A stretch of 64,000 nucleotides of DNA from Nitrospirota bacterium (GTDB lineage: Bacteria > Nitrospirota > Nitrospiria > Nitrospirales > Nitrospiraceae): contig CAVPGK010000010.1 of the NCBI GenBank assembly GCA_963703955.1, forward strand, positions 96,001-160,000. Direction: 5' to 3'. Both the position numbers and the translations under genes were made by a program. Every line of letters begins with the position of its first letter. Position 1 is the first letter of the stretch. The notes under the pieces are model-generated. The model was not told where the DNA came from and did not search any database. It worked only from the letters and a program-made list of their open reading frames with translations. This document shows positions 32,931 to 43,760 of this stretch, in pieces.

Positions 32931-33110
32931 TCCGCCCGCACGGCAAGTGGCCGGCCCGGAGCCGGCCTGTTCACGGACAGGCCGGGTGAGGCAGCGGGTG
33001 TCCATGAGCCTGCTTCCCGGCCTTCCATCGAAACGGGAACGCCGAAGAGAGGGCCTGGGGTGACGCGATCGGGGCTGGTAGGCGACGCCGAAGGCCCCGA
33101 CGCTGCCTTG
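32931..33110 (+). ncRNA. Putative structured 3' spacer of the DGR template RNA
   Basis: Hairpin CCGGCCTGT-tcacgg-ACAGGCCGG (32962-32985) and stem TCGGGGC...GCCCCGA (33069-33100) directly after TR. Confidence 0.55.
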
Positions 33111-33215
33111 TCCAATCACGAGTATTCCTGAAAAAGACGAATGCTAGGACGGTGGCTTCCCGGTAGTTGCATTTTTGCTCGTGTTGTCGGATATTGGACA
33201 GCAAGAGGAGACGGC

Positions 33216-33422
33216 ATGACATTTACGATCACAATCACCCGCGACGAGGACGGGATCTACATCGCCGAGTGTCCGGCCATTCCGGGTTGTGTCAGTCAGG
33301 GTAAGACCGAAGCGGAAGCGCAGGCCAACATTCAGGACGCGATCAAGCAATGTCTAGAAGTACGCGCTGAGATGGGAATGCCGCTGACCGTCACCACACG
33401 GCAGGTTGAAGTCATCGTGTAA
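33216..33422 (+). CDS. hicB: HicB-family antitoxin (short form)
   Basis: RDEDGIYIAECPAIPGCVSQGKTEAEAQANIQDAI; GAGGAG RBS. Confidence 0.88.
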   Translation: MTFTITITRDEDGIYIAECPAIPGCVSQGKTEAEAQANIQDAIKQCLEVRAEMGMPLTVTTRQVEVIV

Positions 33423-33649
33423 TGCCGCCTGTTCCCGTTCTCCCTCCCTCCACCGTCATCAAAACCTTTCAGCGACTTGGTTGGCAGGTGGTTCGGCAGA
33501 AGGGGAGTCATGTCATCATGACACGACCCGGCCACATTGCCACTCTTTCGATACCCAATCACCCGGAAGTTGCGCGGGGCACGCTTCGCAGTCTGATCTC
33601 GAAAGCAGGGTTGACGGTGGAGCAATTTCTAGAGGCCTTGAACAAGTAA
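33422..33649 (+). CDS. hicA: HicA-family mRNA interferase toxin
   Basis: LGWQVVRQKGSHVIM...LSIPNHPEVARGTLRSLISKAGLTVEQF. Confidence 0.9.
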   Translation: MPPVPVLPPSTVIKTFQRLGWQVVRQKGSHVIMTRPGHIATLSIPNHPEVARGTLRSLISKAGLTVEQFLEALNK

Positions 33650-33954
33650 GGTCACGGGCTCTGCCAGTCAATCGAGGAAGGGGTCAAGGCGCTACGGAGC
33701 GAAGGGGATATTGGCCTATGAATCTGAAATCGTTGTCGTGCGAATCACATCGCGGTTAGCCGGGAACTGACATTCGCCCGCTGGTCCCGGGAAAGATTGG
33801 GTTCAGACTTCCCCCTTTCTTGCGACTCTATCGTTCAAGTTATCCGATGCAAACAGGACGGACTTTCCCACCCCTTCCGGTCGCCCAGCCCAGGAAATAC
33901 TGCTATTTCGCCTCGCCAATGAATTGACACGATCACGTGCAAACAGTAGTTTGT

Positions 33955-34129
33955 CAGCGGATGGATCGGCCTGGCTTGAAGCGGGCGGTGGCGATGGCGT
34001 CCAGCGCGTGATCCGGGGCGGCTCCTGGTCAGCGGACCGGAGTCCCTGCGTGCCTCGCTCCGGGACAGGGACAGCGCCGACGACCGGAACGACGGCATCG
34101 GCTTCCGTCTTGCCCAGGACCTCCCCTAA
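33955..34129 (+). pseudogene. Orphan 3' end of a second FGE/CLec DGR target, containing VR2 (34008-34117)
   Basis: [56 protein letters not shown]. Against TR: 15 substitutions and a 1-bp gap at adenines, plus 4 non-A synonymous changes. No upstream gene body. Confidence 0.85.
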
Positions 34130-34422
34130 GCCTGTGTCCTTTGCGCTGTGACCTTTTGCGTCTTTTCCGGGTGGGGACGGCGCGCGAGGGGATAGGACCG
34201 CACTATCAATGCGTACTCATCCCACATGAGCAGCTGAAGGCGTCATTTTCGTGTCCGTGCTTTGCGGTCACCGATGCGCGGCAAATGGAAAGGTAGGAAG
34301 CGCCTGGCGGCCGCATACATTAGTCGCCATCATAAAGGCTATACCAGGTCTTGATAATCGTACACGCTATGGCTAGAGTACGGGCGCGATCAGCTCCTCA
34401 CCGTTGGCGGTCTACGTAGGTC

Positions 34423-35565
34423 ATGAATTCCGTAGCCGACATCCAGCCGGCCGCCTCTTTCCAAACCACCGTCTCCGGCGAAGGAACGCTCACTCTCTCG
34501 ATCGATGGACAATTGGACTCAACGACCACCGGGGCGCTCTGGCGACAGGTGATCCTCGCGCTCGAACGGGAGAAGAAAGCTCACCTCATCGTCGATGCGT
34601 CTCGGATCACCTATTGCGATGGGGCTGGAATCGCCCTGCTGCTGGAGCTTCGCCGCCATCAGGCCAAGGCAGGCGGCGACGTCGAGATTCGCAATCTTCC
34701 TGAAACGGTTCAGTATCTCTTGGATCTGTACGGCCCAGCGATCGAGGAGGTAGCTCCGAGCGCGTCTGAACCATCCTCGTTCGTGGAACAGGTCGGACGT
34801 GCATCCGCGCAGGTCTGGAAAGACCTCCACACGCTGATCGCGTTTCTCGGAGAACTATCGGTCGCTCTCCTTTACGCAGCCACGCATCCCAGAACGGTGC
34901 GCTGGAAGGACGCCGCCATGACCGCGGAACTGGCGGGGGTCAATGCCCTCTCCATCATTGCGCTGATCGGCTTCTTACTCGGCTTGATCATGGCCTTTCA
35001 ATCGGCCATTCCCATGCGTCAGTTCGGGGCGGAGATCTTTATCGCGGACCTCATCGGCCTCTCCATGATCCGGGAACTTGGTCCGTTACTGACGGCCATT
35101 ATCCTGGCCGGACGATCGGGCTCTGCTTTTGCGGCCGAGCTTGGCACCATGAAGGTGAATGAAGAGATCGATGCGTTGACCACCATGGGGCTCGAACCGG
35201 TCCGCTTTCTCGCCGTGCCCCGGGTCATTGCCGCGGTGGCGATGACCCCGCTGTTGTCCGTCTTCACCAGCTTGTTCGGCTTGATCGGTGGCGCAGTGGT
35301 GATGCTGTCGCTGGGGTTTCCCCTTGTGACCTATGTCGATCGAATTCAGTCGGCCGTACATCCCGGCGATCTGATCCAAGGGTTGTTCAAAGCCTTGGCA
35401 TTCGGCATCGTAGTCGCCGGGATCGGGTGTTTGCGGGGTCTGCAAACAAAGACGGGTGCGAGCGCTGTCGGAGACTCGACCACCAGCGCCGTCGTCAGCG
35501 GACTCATTCTCATTGCCGTCGTGGACGGCATGTTTGCGGTTGTCTTTTATTGCCTCGGCATCTGA
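34423..35565 (+). CDS. mlaE: STAS-MlaE lipid ABC transporter permease
   Basis: N-terminal STAS domain (ITYCDGAGIALL), RELGPLLTAIILAGRSGSAFAAELGTMKVNEEIDAL and VGDSTTSAVV. Confidence 0.9.
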   Translation: MNSVADIQPAASFQTTVSGEGTLTLSIDGQLDSTTTGALWRQVILALEREKKAHLIVDASRITYCDGAGIALLLELRRHQAKAGGDVEIRNLPETVQYLLDLYGPAIEEVAPSASEPSSFVEQVGRASAQVWKDLHTLIAFLGELSVALLYAATHPRTVRWKDAAMTAELAGVNALSIIALIGFLLGLIMAFQSAIPMRQFGAEIFIADLIGLSMIRELGPLLTAIILAGRSGSAFAAELGTMKVNEEIDALTTMGLEPVRFLAVPRVIAAVAMTPLLSVFTSLFGLIGGAVVMLSLGFPLVTYVDRIQSAVHPGDLIQGLFKALAFGIVVAGIGCLRGLQTKTGASAVGDSTTSAVVSGLILIAVVDGMFAVVFYCLGI

Positions 35566-35570
35566 GTTGT

Positions 35571-36377
35571 ATGGGCCAACAGGAATCGATCATCCGGGTC
35601 GAAGGCTTTACCGCCGGGTACGGTGGAATGGTGATCATCGACGATATTTCCTTTGAAGTCAGCCGAGGGGAAGTCTTCGTGATTCTGGGCGGGTCAGGCA
35701 GCGGGAAGAGCACGCTTCTGAAACATATGATCGGGCTGTATCAGGCGGCTGCAGGAAGGATTCTCATCGACGGAGCCGACATCGTGACTGCCGAGGGAGA
35801 AGCGAAGAAGCGGATTCTGATGAGGATTGGGGTGATGTATCAACGCGGCGCGCTGTTCGGGTCGATGACCTTGTTGGAAAACGTCCGCTTACCCTTGGAG
35901 GAGTTCACGGATCTCCCGACTGAGGCGATGGACCGGATTGCGCTCATGAAGCTGCAATTGGTGGGATTACGGACCTTTGCGGAGTATATGCCGTCCGAGA
36001 TCAGCGGCGGCATGCAAAAACGGGCGGCCATCGCCCGCGCCATGGCGCTGGACCCGCAGATCCTTTTTCTCGATGAACCGTCGGCCGGACTCGATCCCAT
36101 CACCTCGGCGGAATTGGACCAGCTGATCGTGCGCCTCGCGCGGAGTCTCACCATGACCTTTGTCGTCGTGACCCATGAGCTGCCGAGCATCTACGCGATC
36201 GCCGATCGGGTCATCATGCTCGACAAGCGGGTCAAAAAGATCGTCGCCATGGGACGGCCCCAGGAGTTGCGCGACCACTCGACTGATCCCTGGGTTCGGC
36301 AATTCTTCAATCGGGAGGTCTCGTTCCAAGTCGGAGACGCCAAGGTCACCGCGTCTGTGAGCACGCAGATCCCTTGA
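35571..36377 (+). CDS. mlaF: MlaF-like ABC ATPase
   Basis: GGSGSGKST, EISGGMQKRAAIARA, LFLDEPSAGLDP and VTHEL. Confidence 0.9.
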   Translation: MGQQESIIRVEGFTAGYGGMVIIDDISFEVSRGEVFVILGGSGSGKSTLLKHMIGLYQAAAGRILIDGADIVTAEGEAKKRILMRIGVMYQRGALFGSMTLLENVRLPLEEFTDLPTEAMDRIALMKLQLVGLRTFAEYMPSEISGGMQKRAAIARAMALDPQILFLDEPSAGLDPITSAELDQLIVRLARSLTMTFVVVTHELPSIYAIADRVIMLDKRVKKIVAMGRPQELRDHSTDPWVRQFFNREVSFQVGDAKVTASVSTQIP

Positions 36378-36411
36378 GAAGAGGGATACGCACAGAGAGG
36401 AACTTTAACCC

Positions 36412-37434
36412 ATGAGCGCCAAGGCCAACTACTTCAAGATCGGGCTGTTCATTCTCAGTGCCGTCGCCCTTGCGGTTGTCGCCATTATCGTTTTCGGGGC
36501 CGGCACGCTGTTCGAAAAGAAAATCATCGTCGAAACCTATTTCGATGAATCGGTGCAAGGTCTGAGCGTGGGAGCCCCGGTCAAGTACCGGGGGGTCACG
36601 ATCGGAAGCGTCGAGCACATAGGGTTTGTGCGAAATGAATACAAGGAAGAACTCCATGGCGACGAAATGTCCCGCTACGGTCACTATATCGTCGTCAGGG
36701 TCTCGATCAAGGAGGTGTTCCCAGGGCTCCCTGAAGCCGAAAGGAAGGCGATGATGGAACGGCACGTTGAGGAGGGGCTGAGAGTTCGGCTGACCTCCCA
36801 GGGGGTGACCGGCGTTGTCCACCTGGAAGCGGACTTTCTCGATCCAAAAGAGAACCCTCCCTTAAAGGTCACGTGGACGCCTAAACACATCCGCGTTCCT
36901 TCCGCGCGGAGTACCGTCACCGTGCTGAGCTCGGCCCTGACCAAGATCGCCAAGGACCTTGAGCGGGCCGATGTCCATAAGGTGACCGCGGACTTGGACG
37001 CGCTGCTCATTGCGGCAACCAAGTTCGTCAGTGACGCCGACAGGGAGCGCCTCGGCACTCGGGCCGGTCAGGCCTTAGGGGAAGTCCAAGGGACGTTTCA
37101 AGAGGCTCGTCGTCTTTTGCAAAGCCCTGAGATCAAGAACGCCCTTTCCGACGTTTCCGCCACGGCAGCGGGGGCCAGACGCGTCGTCACGGATCTGTCC
37201 CAGGCTTCCAAGCAGATCAGGGAGGAGCTTCCGGGTACCCTCGCTCGATTGGAGAAGAGCTTACGGCGCGTCGATACTCTCCTCTCGAACAAGAACCAAG
37301 ATGTGGAAGAGATCCTTGAGAATCTGCGAGTTGTGTCGGAGAATCTTCGGGAAGTGACGGCCAACGCGAAGCGGTACCCTTCACAAGTTCTGCTGGGTGA
37401 CGCTCCACCTCGCACGGGTTCGGGAAAACGGTGA
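36412..37434 (+). CDS. mlaD: MCE/MlaD-family protein with a long helical domain
   Basis: N-terminal TM; YFDESVQGLSVGAPVKYRGVTIGSV. Confidence 0.88.
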   Translation: MSAKANYFKIGLFILSAVALAVVAIIVFGAGTLFEKKIIVETYFDESVQGLSVGAPVKYRGVTIGSVEHIGFVRNEYKEELHGDEMSRYGHYIVVRVSIKEVFPGLPEAERKAMMERHVEEGLRVRLTSQGVTGVVHLEADFLDPKENPPLKVTWTPKHIRVPSARSTVTVLSSALTKIAKDLERADVHKVTADLDALLIAATKFVSDADRERLGTRAGQALGEVQGTFQEARRLLQSPEIKNALSDVSATAAGARRVVTDLSQASKQIREELPGTLARLEKSLRRVDTLLSNKNQDVEEILENLRVVSENLREVTANAKRYPSQVLLGDAPPRTGSGKR

Positions 37435-38102
37435 TCTCGGCACGCTTGCATCTGTCGTTGAGAGGGGCGGTGCCTCTAGCGCTTGTCGTGTCAAGCGCTC
37501 TGTCGAGCGGGTGCGTCAGCCTGACCAAAAGCTTTCCGGAGAAACATTTCTATTCTCTGGATGCGGTCCGCCCAGGTGAGCAGGTTGGTCCCGCTTCCGT
37601 GGCGGTCCTCAAGGTGCAACGATTTCGTATCTCTCCTCGATTCGAAGGCAAGGAGATGGTCTACCGCACGAGCGACACCAGGTACGAATCCGACTTCTAC
37701 AATGAATGGTTTATCTTCCCCAATGCAATGGTCACTCAGCAGGCACAGAATTGGTTGGCGAACGCCGGTCTGTTTCAAGCGGTGGTGGACTCATCCAGTT
37801 CCTTGGACGCCACGCATGTCTTGGAAGGCAACGTGACCGCGCTGTATGGCGACTACCGCCAGAAGGAAGCGCCGAAAGCCGTCCTCGATTTTCAAGTCGT
37901 ACTCATCAATGAGGGTGCGAGTCACGCGGAGATCGTCTTTCGGCGAGAATATCGTCAAGTGGTGGATATGGCTAATATGTCTCCCGATACCCTCGCTGGT
38001 GGCTGGAATGAAGGCCTCCGGCAGATCTTAGCGGGTCTCGAAAAGGATCTTCGCAAGGTTGACCTGAAGGCCAACAACTTGAAGCCGGCTTCCGGGCCAT
38101 GA
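37431..38102 (+). CDS. PqiC-like ABC transport auxiliary lipoprotein
   Basis: Lipobox SSGC, MVYRTSDTRYESDFYNEW and LEGNVTALYGDY; last gene of the MCE operon. Confidence 0.8.
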   Translation: MISARLHLSLRGAVPLALVVSSALSSGCVSLTKSFPEKHFYSLDAVRPGEQVGPASVAVLKVQRFRISPRFEGKEMVYRTSDTRYESDFYNEWFIFPNAMVTQQAQNWLANAGLFQAVVDSSSSLDATHVLEGNVTALYGDYRQKEAPKAVLDFQVVLINEGASHAEIVFRREYRQVVDMANMSPDTLAGGWNEGLRQILAGLEKDLRKVDLKANNLKPASGP

Positions 38103-38156
38103 ACCTCACAGTGGCGAGAGTCGATCGGTGAGGGTCATGGAAAACGCAAGGAGGCT

Positions 38157-38585
38157 GTGGTGAATGGACTTGGTCGGGCATGGGCGCTCTTGACGCTCGC
38201 ATGGTTGACTGCTGGACTCATCGGGTGCACAGAACACCAGCCTCGCAGGCAGCCGACAATGGCCCCTGTTCCCATTTCCGATATCAAGCAGGTCGTCGGA
38301 AAATGGGAAGGCGTGAGCAAGAGCGTGCCGGACATGCGAGATGACGCGGAGGTCTTGTTGATCATCGACGACAACGGGACATTTCAATTCGTGGGAAGTC
38401 GAAGGGCCGATACGATCGTCGGAGCCGGTAGGCTCATGCTCCGTGACGGTCAGTTGGTGGGAACGACAGCCAGGCTGAGCGCCACGCTCACCCTCCACGG
38501 CAGGGAGGACCAATCGGTTCTCGTCGTTGAAGTGACCCGCAAAGATGGCAAACGGTTCTACGGTGAGTTGACCCCTGCACAGTAG
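38157..38585 (+). CDS. Hypothetical lipoprotein
   Basis: Lipobox LIGC followed by a beta-rich domain (VVGKWEG). Confidence 0.6.
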   Translation: MVNGLGRAWALLTLAWLTAGLIGCTEHQPRRQPTMAPVPISDIKQVVGKWEGVSKSVPDMRDDAEVLLIIDDNGTFQFVGSRRADTIVGAGRLMLRDGQLVGTTARLSATLTLHGREDQSVLVVEVTRKDGKRFYGELTPAQ

Positions 38586-38738
38586 TACGACTGGCAGCGT
38601 GCCGTCACAATCTCTCCTTCCCAACAGCTGGGCCTTCCATGCCTTTCCCTCGACAACTCGTCAACTCCAGCAGACAATAACGTCCATCTCCGTCTTTCTC
38701 AAGGGAAACGGGACCGTCGCCGTCATGAGGAGATCCTT

Positions 38739-40240
<1,502 letters not shown>

Positions 40241-40244
<4 letters not shown>

Positions 40245-41809
40245 ATCGGCGAGACATGTTCAGCCGCTTGGATGGCCGGAGCGGAACCGTGGGATCTGAT
40301 CATCATCGGCGGCGGCGCGACCGGCGTCGGCGTCGCCGTCGATGCCGCGTCTCGCGGGTACGCGGTCCTGCTGGTCGAGCAGAGCGACTTCGGAAAGGGC
40401 ACTTCGAGCCGCAGCACCAAGCTGCGTGCACGGCGGCGTGCGCTATCTCGAGCAGGGCAACATTTCGCTCGTGCTGGAGGCGCTCAAGGAGCGCGGCATT
40501 CTGCGTCAGAACGCGCCGCACCTCGTCCAGCGACCTGGCCTTCGTGGTCCCGAACTACGACTGGTGGGAGGCGCCGTTCTACGGACTCGGGCTGAAGGTC
40601 TACGACCTGCTCGCCGGCAAGTACGGCTTCGGCTCTTCGCAGATCCTATCGCGAGAGGAGACGCTGAAGCGTCTGCCCACGATCAAGACCGAGGGACTGC
40701 GCGGCGGCGTCGTCTACTACGACGGCCAGTTCGACGATGCGCGGCTCTTGATCAATCTGGTCGCAGACGGCGGCGGAGCAGGGCGCGACGCTGCTGAACT
40801 ACGTGCGCGTGATCGGATTCACCAAGGGAGCCGATGGCTTTCTCGATGGTGTCGTGGCCAGGGACGTGGAAACGGGCAGCAGAGCTTCACATGACCGCGC
40901 GAGTCGTGATCAACGCGACCGGCGCCTTTTGCGACGGCGTGCGCCGCATGGCCGATCCCGGCGTCGACGCCGATGATCGCGCCCAGCCAGGGCATCCACC
41001 TGGTGTTCGACCGGTCGTTTCTGCCCGGGACCAGCGCGATCATGGTGCCGCACACGCAGCGACGGCCGCGTGATGTTCGCGATCCCCTGGCACGGCCACA
41101 CGCTGGTGGGCACCACCGACACGCCGATCGTCGATCCGACGCTGGAGCCGCTTCCCATGGAAGACGAGATCGAGTTCATCCTGACCACGGCGGCCAGTAT
41201 CTGCACAAAGCCCCGACGCGAGGCGATGTCCTGAGCGTCTTCGCCGGAATCCGCCCGCTGGTGAGGGCGGACGACGGCACGAACACGGCCGTCCTGTCGC
41301 GCGATCATACGATTCACATCGACCGCTCCGGCCTGCTCACGATCGCCGGCGGGAAGTGGACCACGTACCGGCACATGGCCGAAGACTGTGTCAACCAGGC
41401 GTCCACGCTGGGGAGGCTTCCTGAACGACCCTGCGGCACGACGCGCCTCCCGATCCACGGGTTCCATGAGCATGCCGAACAGTTCGGGCGTCTGGCGGTG
41501 TACGGCTCCGACGCGCCGGCCATTCAGGACCTGATGCAGGCCGAGCCGGGCCTCGGGGAACCGCTGCATCCGGCTCTGCCGTACTGCGGCGCCGAGGTGG
41601 TTTGGGCCACCCGTTTCGAGATGGCCCGCACGGTTGAAGACGCGCTCGCGCGGCGCACTCGGGCCCTGCTGCTCAACGCCCGCGCAGCGGTCGAGATCGC
41701 TCCACGCGTCGCGGAATTGATGGCTCGTGAACTGGGACAGGATGCGGTCTGGCAGACGGGGCAGGTCAGCGCCTTTCGGGAGTTGGCGAAAGGGTATCGG
41801 CCCTCTTGA
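40241..41809 (+). CDS. glpD: FAD-dependent glycerol-3-phosphate dehydrogenase (several frameshifts)
   Basis: [50 protein letters not shown] and GGKWTTYR. Confidence 0.92.
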
Positions 41810-41833
41810 TTCTGTTACTGCTCGTGGGGTGGG

Positions 41834-43180
41834 CTACTTATCGGGCTTCGCGGCGAGTCGCTTATGAATCATCTTGCGGCTGACCCGCATGAGCGTAAAG
41901 GACAACCCAAGCGAGATCGGAACGAACAGAGCCGTCGCATACGTGGCGTTGGGGATCCAACCGAGTTCGTGGAGAGCCTTGAAGACATAGCTCGCGAGAC
42001 CGCTGAGGTAGTACGCAATAATGATGACGGATAAACCTTCGACGGTGTGTTGGAGGACGGCTTGGCTCTTGGTGGTTTGATCGACGCTGGACAAGAGGAC
42101 GAGGTTTTGCTCTTCGAGCAGCAAATCGACCCGGGCGCGAATGAGCGCGATGATGCCCTCGAATCCGGTCTTCAACGTCTCCATGCGTTGGAGCAGTTGT
42201 TGGTACCCCTCGGCGACCCCGGTCACTCCACCAAGAACAAAATCCGAGAGCAGGCGGCAAGCCGGCAGGGGCTGCTCCTGAAGCGCATGCATCGTGGTCT
42301 GGACAATCTTATCGTAAGGGACCGCGGCGGAGAGTTCATAATGCATTCTCCCGGCCAATTGGTTGACCTTCATCAAATCTTCAGTCAGGTGATTGAGCCA
42401 CCGCTGGAGCGAAGTCGACGTGGCCGCGATCAATTGACGGGTGATGATCTCCCGCTGTTTGAGGTGGAGCTGCTCAAATCCATGGACCTCATCGACGGCG
42501 GAGGAGAAGATCGGCTTCTGCATCAGGATCAGGTGATAATAGGTTTCGATCCGCACGATCGAGTTGACGATCTGGAACAGGTTATTCGCGGGCGTCGTTT
42601 CGGAGGACATCACCAGATACCGTTCCCGGTCATGCTCATCTGGAGTAAAGCTCGTGATCACCGAGATATTCTCTCCCAGCACGCGGCTTCCGTAGAGGGT
42701 CGAGCCCGGCAACATAGAGCGGCACTGCTCGGCTGAGATATCAGGCCCCTGCGTGATCAGAATATCCAGCGCGTTGACGCGAAGGCCCAACGGGGAAAGA
42801 GGAAACAGATAGTTGGGAAACGTGATGGGACCAAACGACAGGGGCTTTGCCTTATCGGACTGAATGTGCCACACCTGATAGCTGTAATATTCGGTATGAG
42901 CATCCCAGACCATGATGAGACGATCCCCGCTGCTTGCAGTCCGCACGCCATAGCCGAACTTGTCGTGCAGCACTGACGTTGCCGCCGGGATCTCGAGCGA
43001 TTGAAGAATCTGCCCGAACTCTTCGCGGCTCCGAGGGCGCTCGACTGGCGGATTACTCATGCGATGGGCCACATGGTGGATGTGCGCCGGCACATCGATG
43101 CACTCCTCCAGCCTTTTCTGGGGACGCTCATGAAGCTTCCTCAGGTATTCCTGGTCGTGTCCCGGAGAGATAGTAGTCAT
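41834..43180 (-). CDS. DUF3422-family membrane-anchored protein
   Basis: KLHERP, WDAHTEYYSY, RIETYY, RARVDLLLEEQN and LQHTVEGLSVIIIAYY, with two C-terminal TMs. Confidence 0.8.
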   Translation of the reverse strand: MTTISPGHDQEYLRKLHERPQKRLEECIDVPAHIHHVAHRMSNPPVERPRSREEFGQILQSLEIPAATSVLHDKFGYGVRTASSGDRLIMVWDAHTEYYSYQVWHIQSDKAKPLSFGPITFPNYLFPLSPLGLRVNALDILITQGPDISAEQCRSMLPGSTLYGSRVLGENISVITSFTPDEHDRERYLVMSSETTPANNLFQIVNSIVRIETYYHLILMQKPIFSSAVDEVHGFEQLHLKQREIITRQLIAATSTSLQRWLNHLTEDLMKVNQLAGRMHYELSAAVPYDKIVQTTMHALQEQPLPACRLLSDFVLGGVTGVAEGYQQLLQRMETLKTGFEGIIALIRARVDLLLEEQNLVLLSSVDQTTKSQAVLQHTVEGLSVIIIAYYLSGLASYVFKALHELGWIPNATYATALFVPISLGLSFTLMRVSRKMIHKRLAAKPDK

Positions 43181-43208
43181 CGACAGTCGGGCTATACCTC
43201 TACGCTGC

Positions 43209-43760
43209 TCATTTTCCGGCTGGAGGCTTGACCGCGGCGCCGATGCTGCTCAGTCCGGCGGCTGCACAAGCCTCGTCGAGATGGCCGCCTGGCGCACCGC
43301 CGACGCCGATTCCGCCGATCACCTCACCATCCATTTCGATGGGCAGGCCGCCGCCCAGAATAAGAATTTTTTCATCCATGTCGCGCAACCCCTGAACGGC
43401 GGGCATCTTCGCGGTCAACTCCGCAAGCTGGCCGGTCGGTTGCCGAAGGCTTGCGGCGGTATACGCTTTCTTGCTGCTGCTGTTGATCGTATGAGGACCC
43501 GCTCCGTCCGCCCGCATGAGCGCCTTGAGCACTCCGGCCCGATCGACGACTGCCACGCTGACGCGATGGCCATCCTGCTTGCATTTTTCCAACGCCGCAG
43601 ACGCGGCCTTGGCCGCCAGCGCCACCGGCAATGTCGCCTCGCGAGGTAGTTCCTCCGCCGCAGCCATGAGGGGTGAGAATCCGATACTCCACAACAGGGC
43701 AAGCGCGATCATGACCATTCGACGCTCATCACCTTGACCGAATACCATGATGACGGTCAT
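43209..43760 (-). CDS. GlcG/HbpS-family heme-binding protein, exported
   Basis: VSVAVVDRAG, RADGAGPHT...KKAYTA and GGLPI...IGGIGVGGAPGGHLDEACA; GGAGG RBS. Confidence 0.88.
   Translation of the reverse strand: MTVIMVFGQGDERRMVMIALALLWSIGFSPLMAAAEELPREATLPVALAAKAASAALEKCKQDGHRVSVAVVDRAGVLKALMRADGAGPHTINSSSKKAYTAASLRQPTGQLAELTAKMPAVQGLRDMDEKILILGGGLPIEMDGEVIGGIGVGGAPGGHLDEACAAAGLSSIGAAVKPPAGK

Noticed and set aside
32820..33131. Asn-rich 103 aa ORF ([13 protein letters not shown]...)
   Set aside because: This is the TR read in the VR frame; the AAC richness reflects template function. It is unlikely to be a protein gene.
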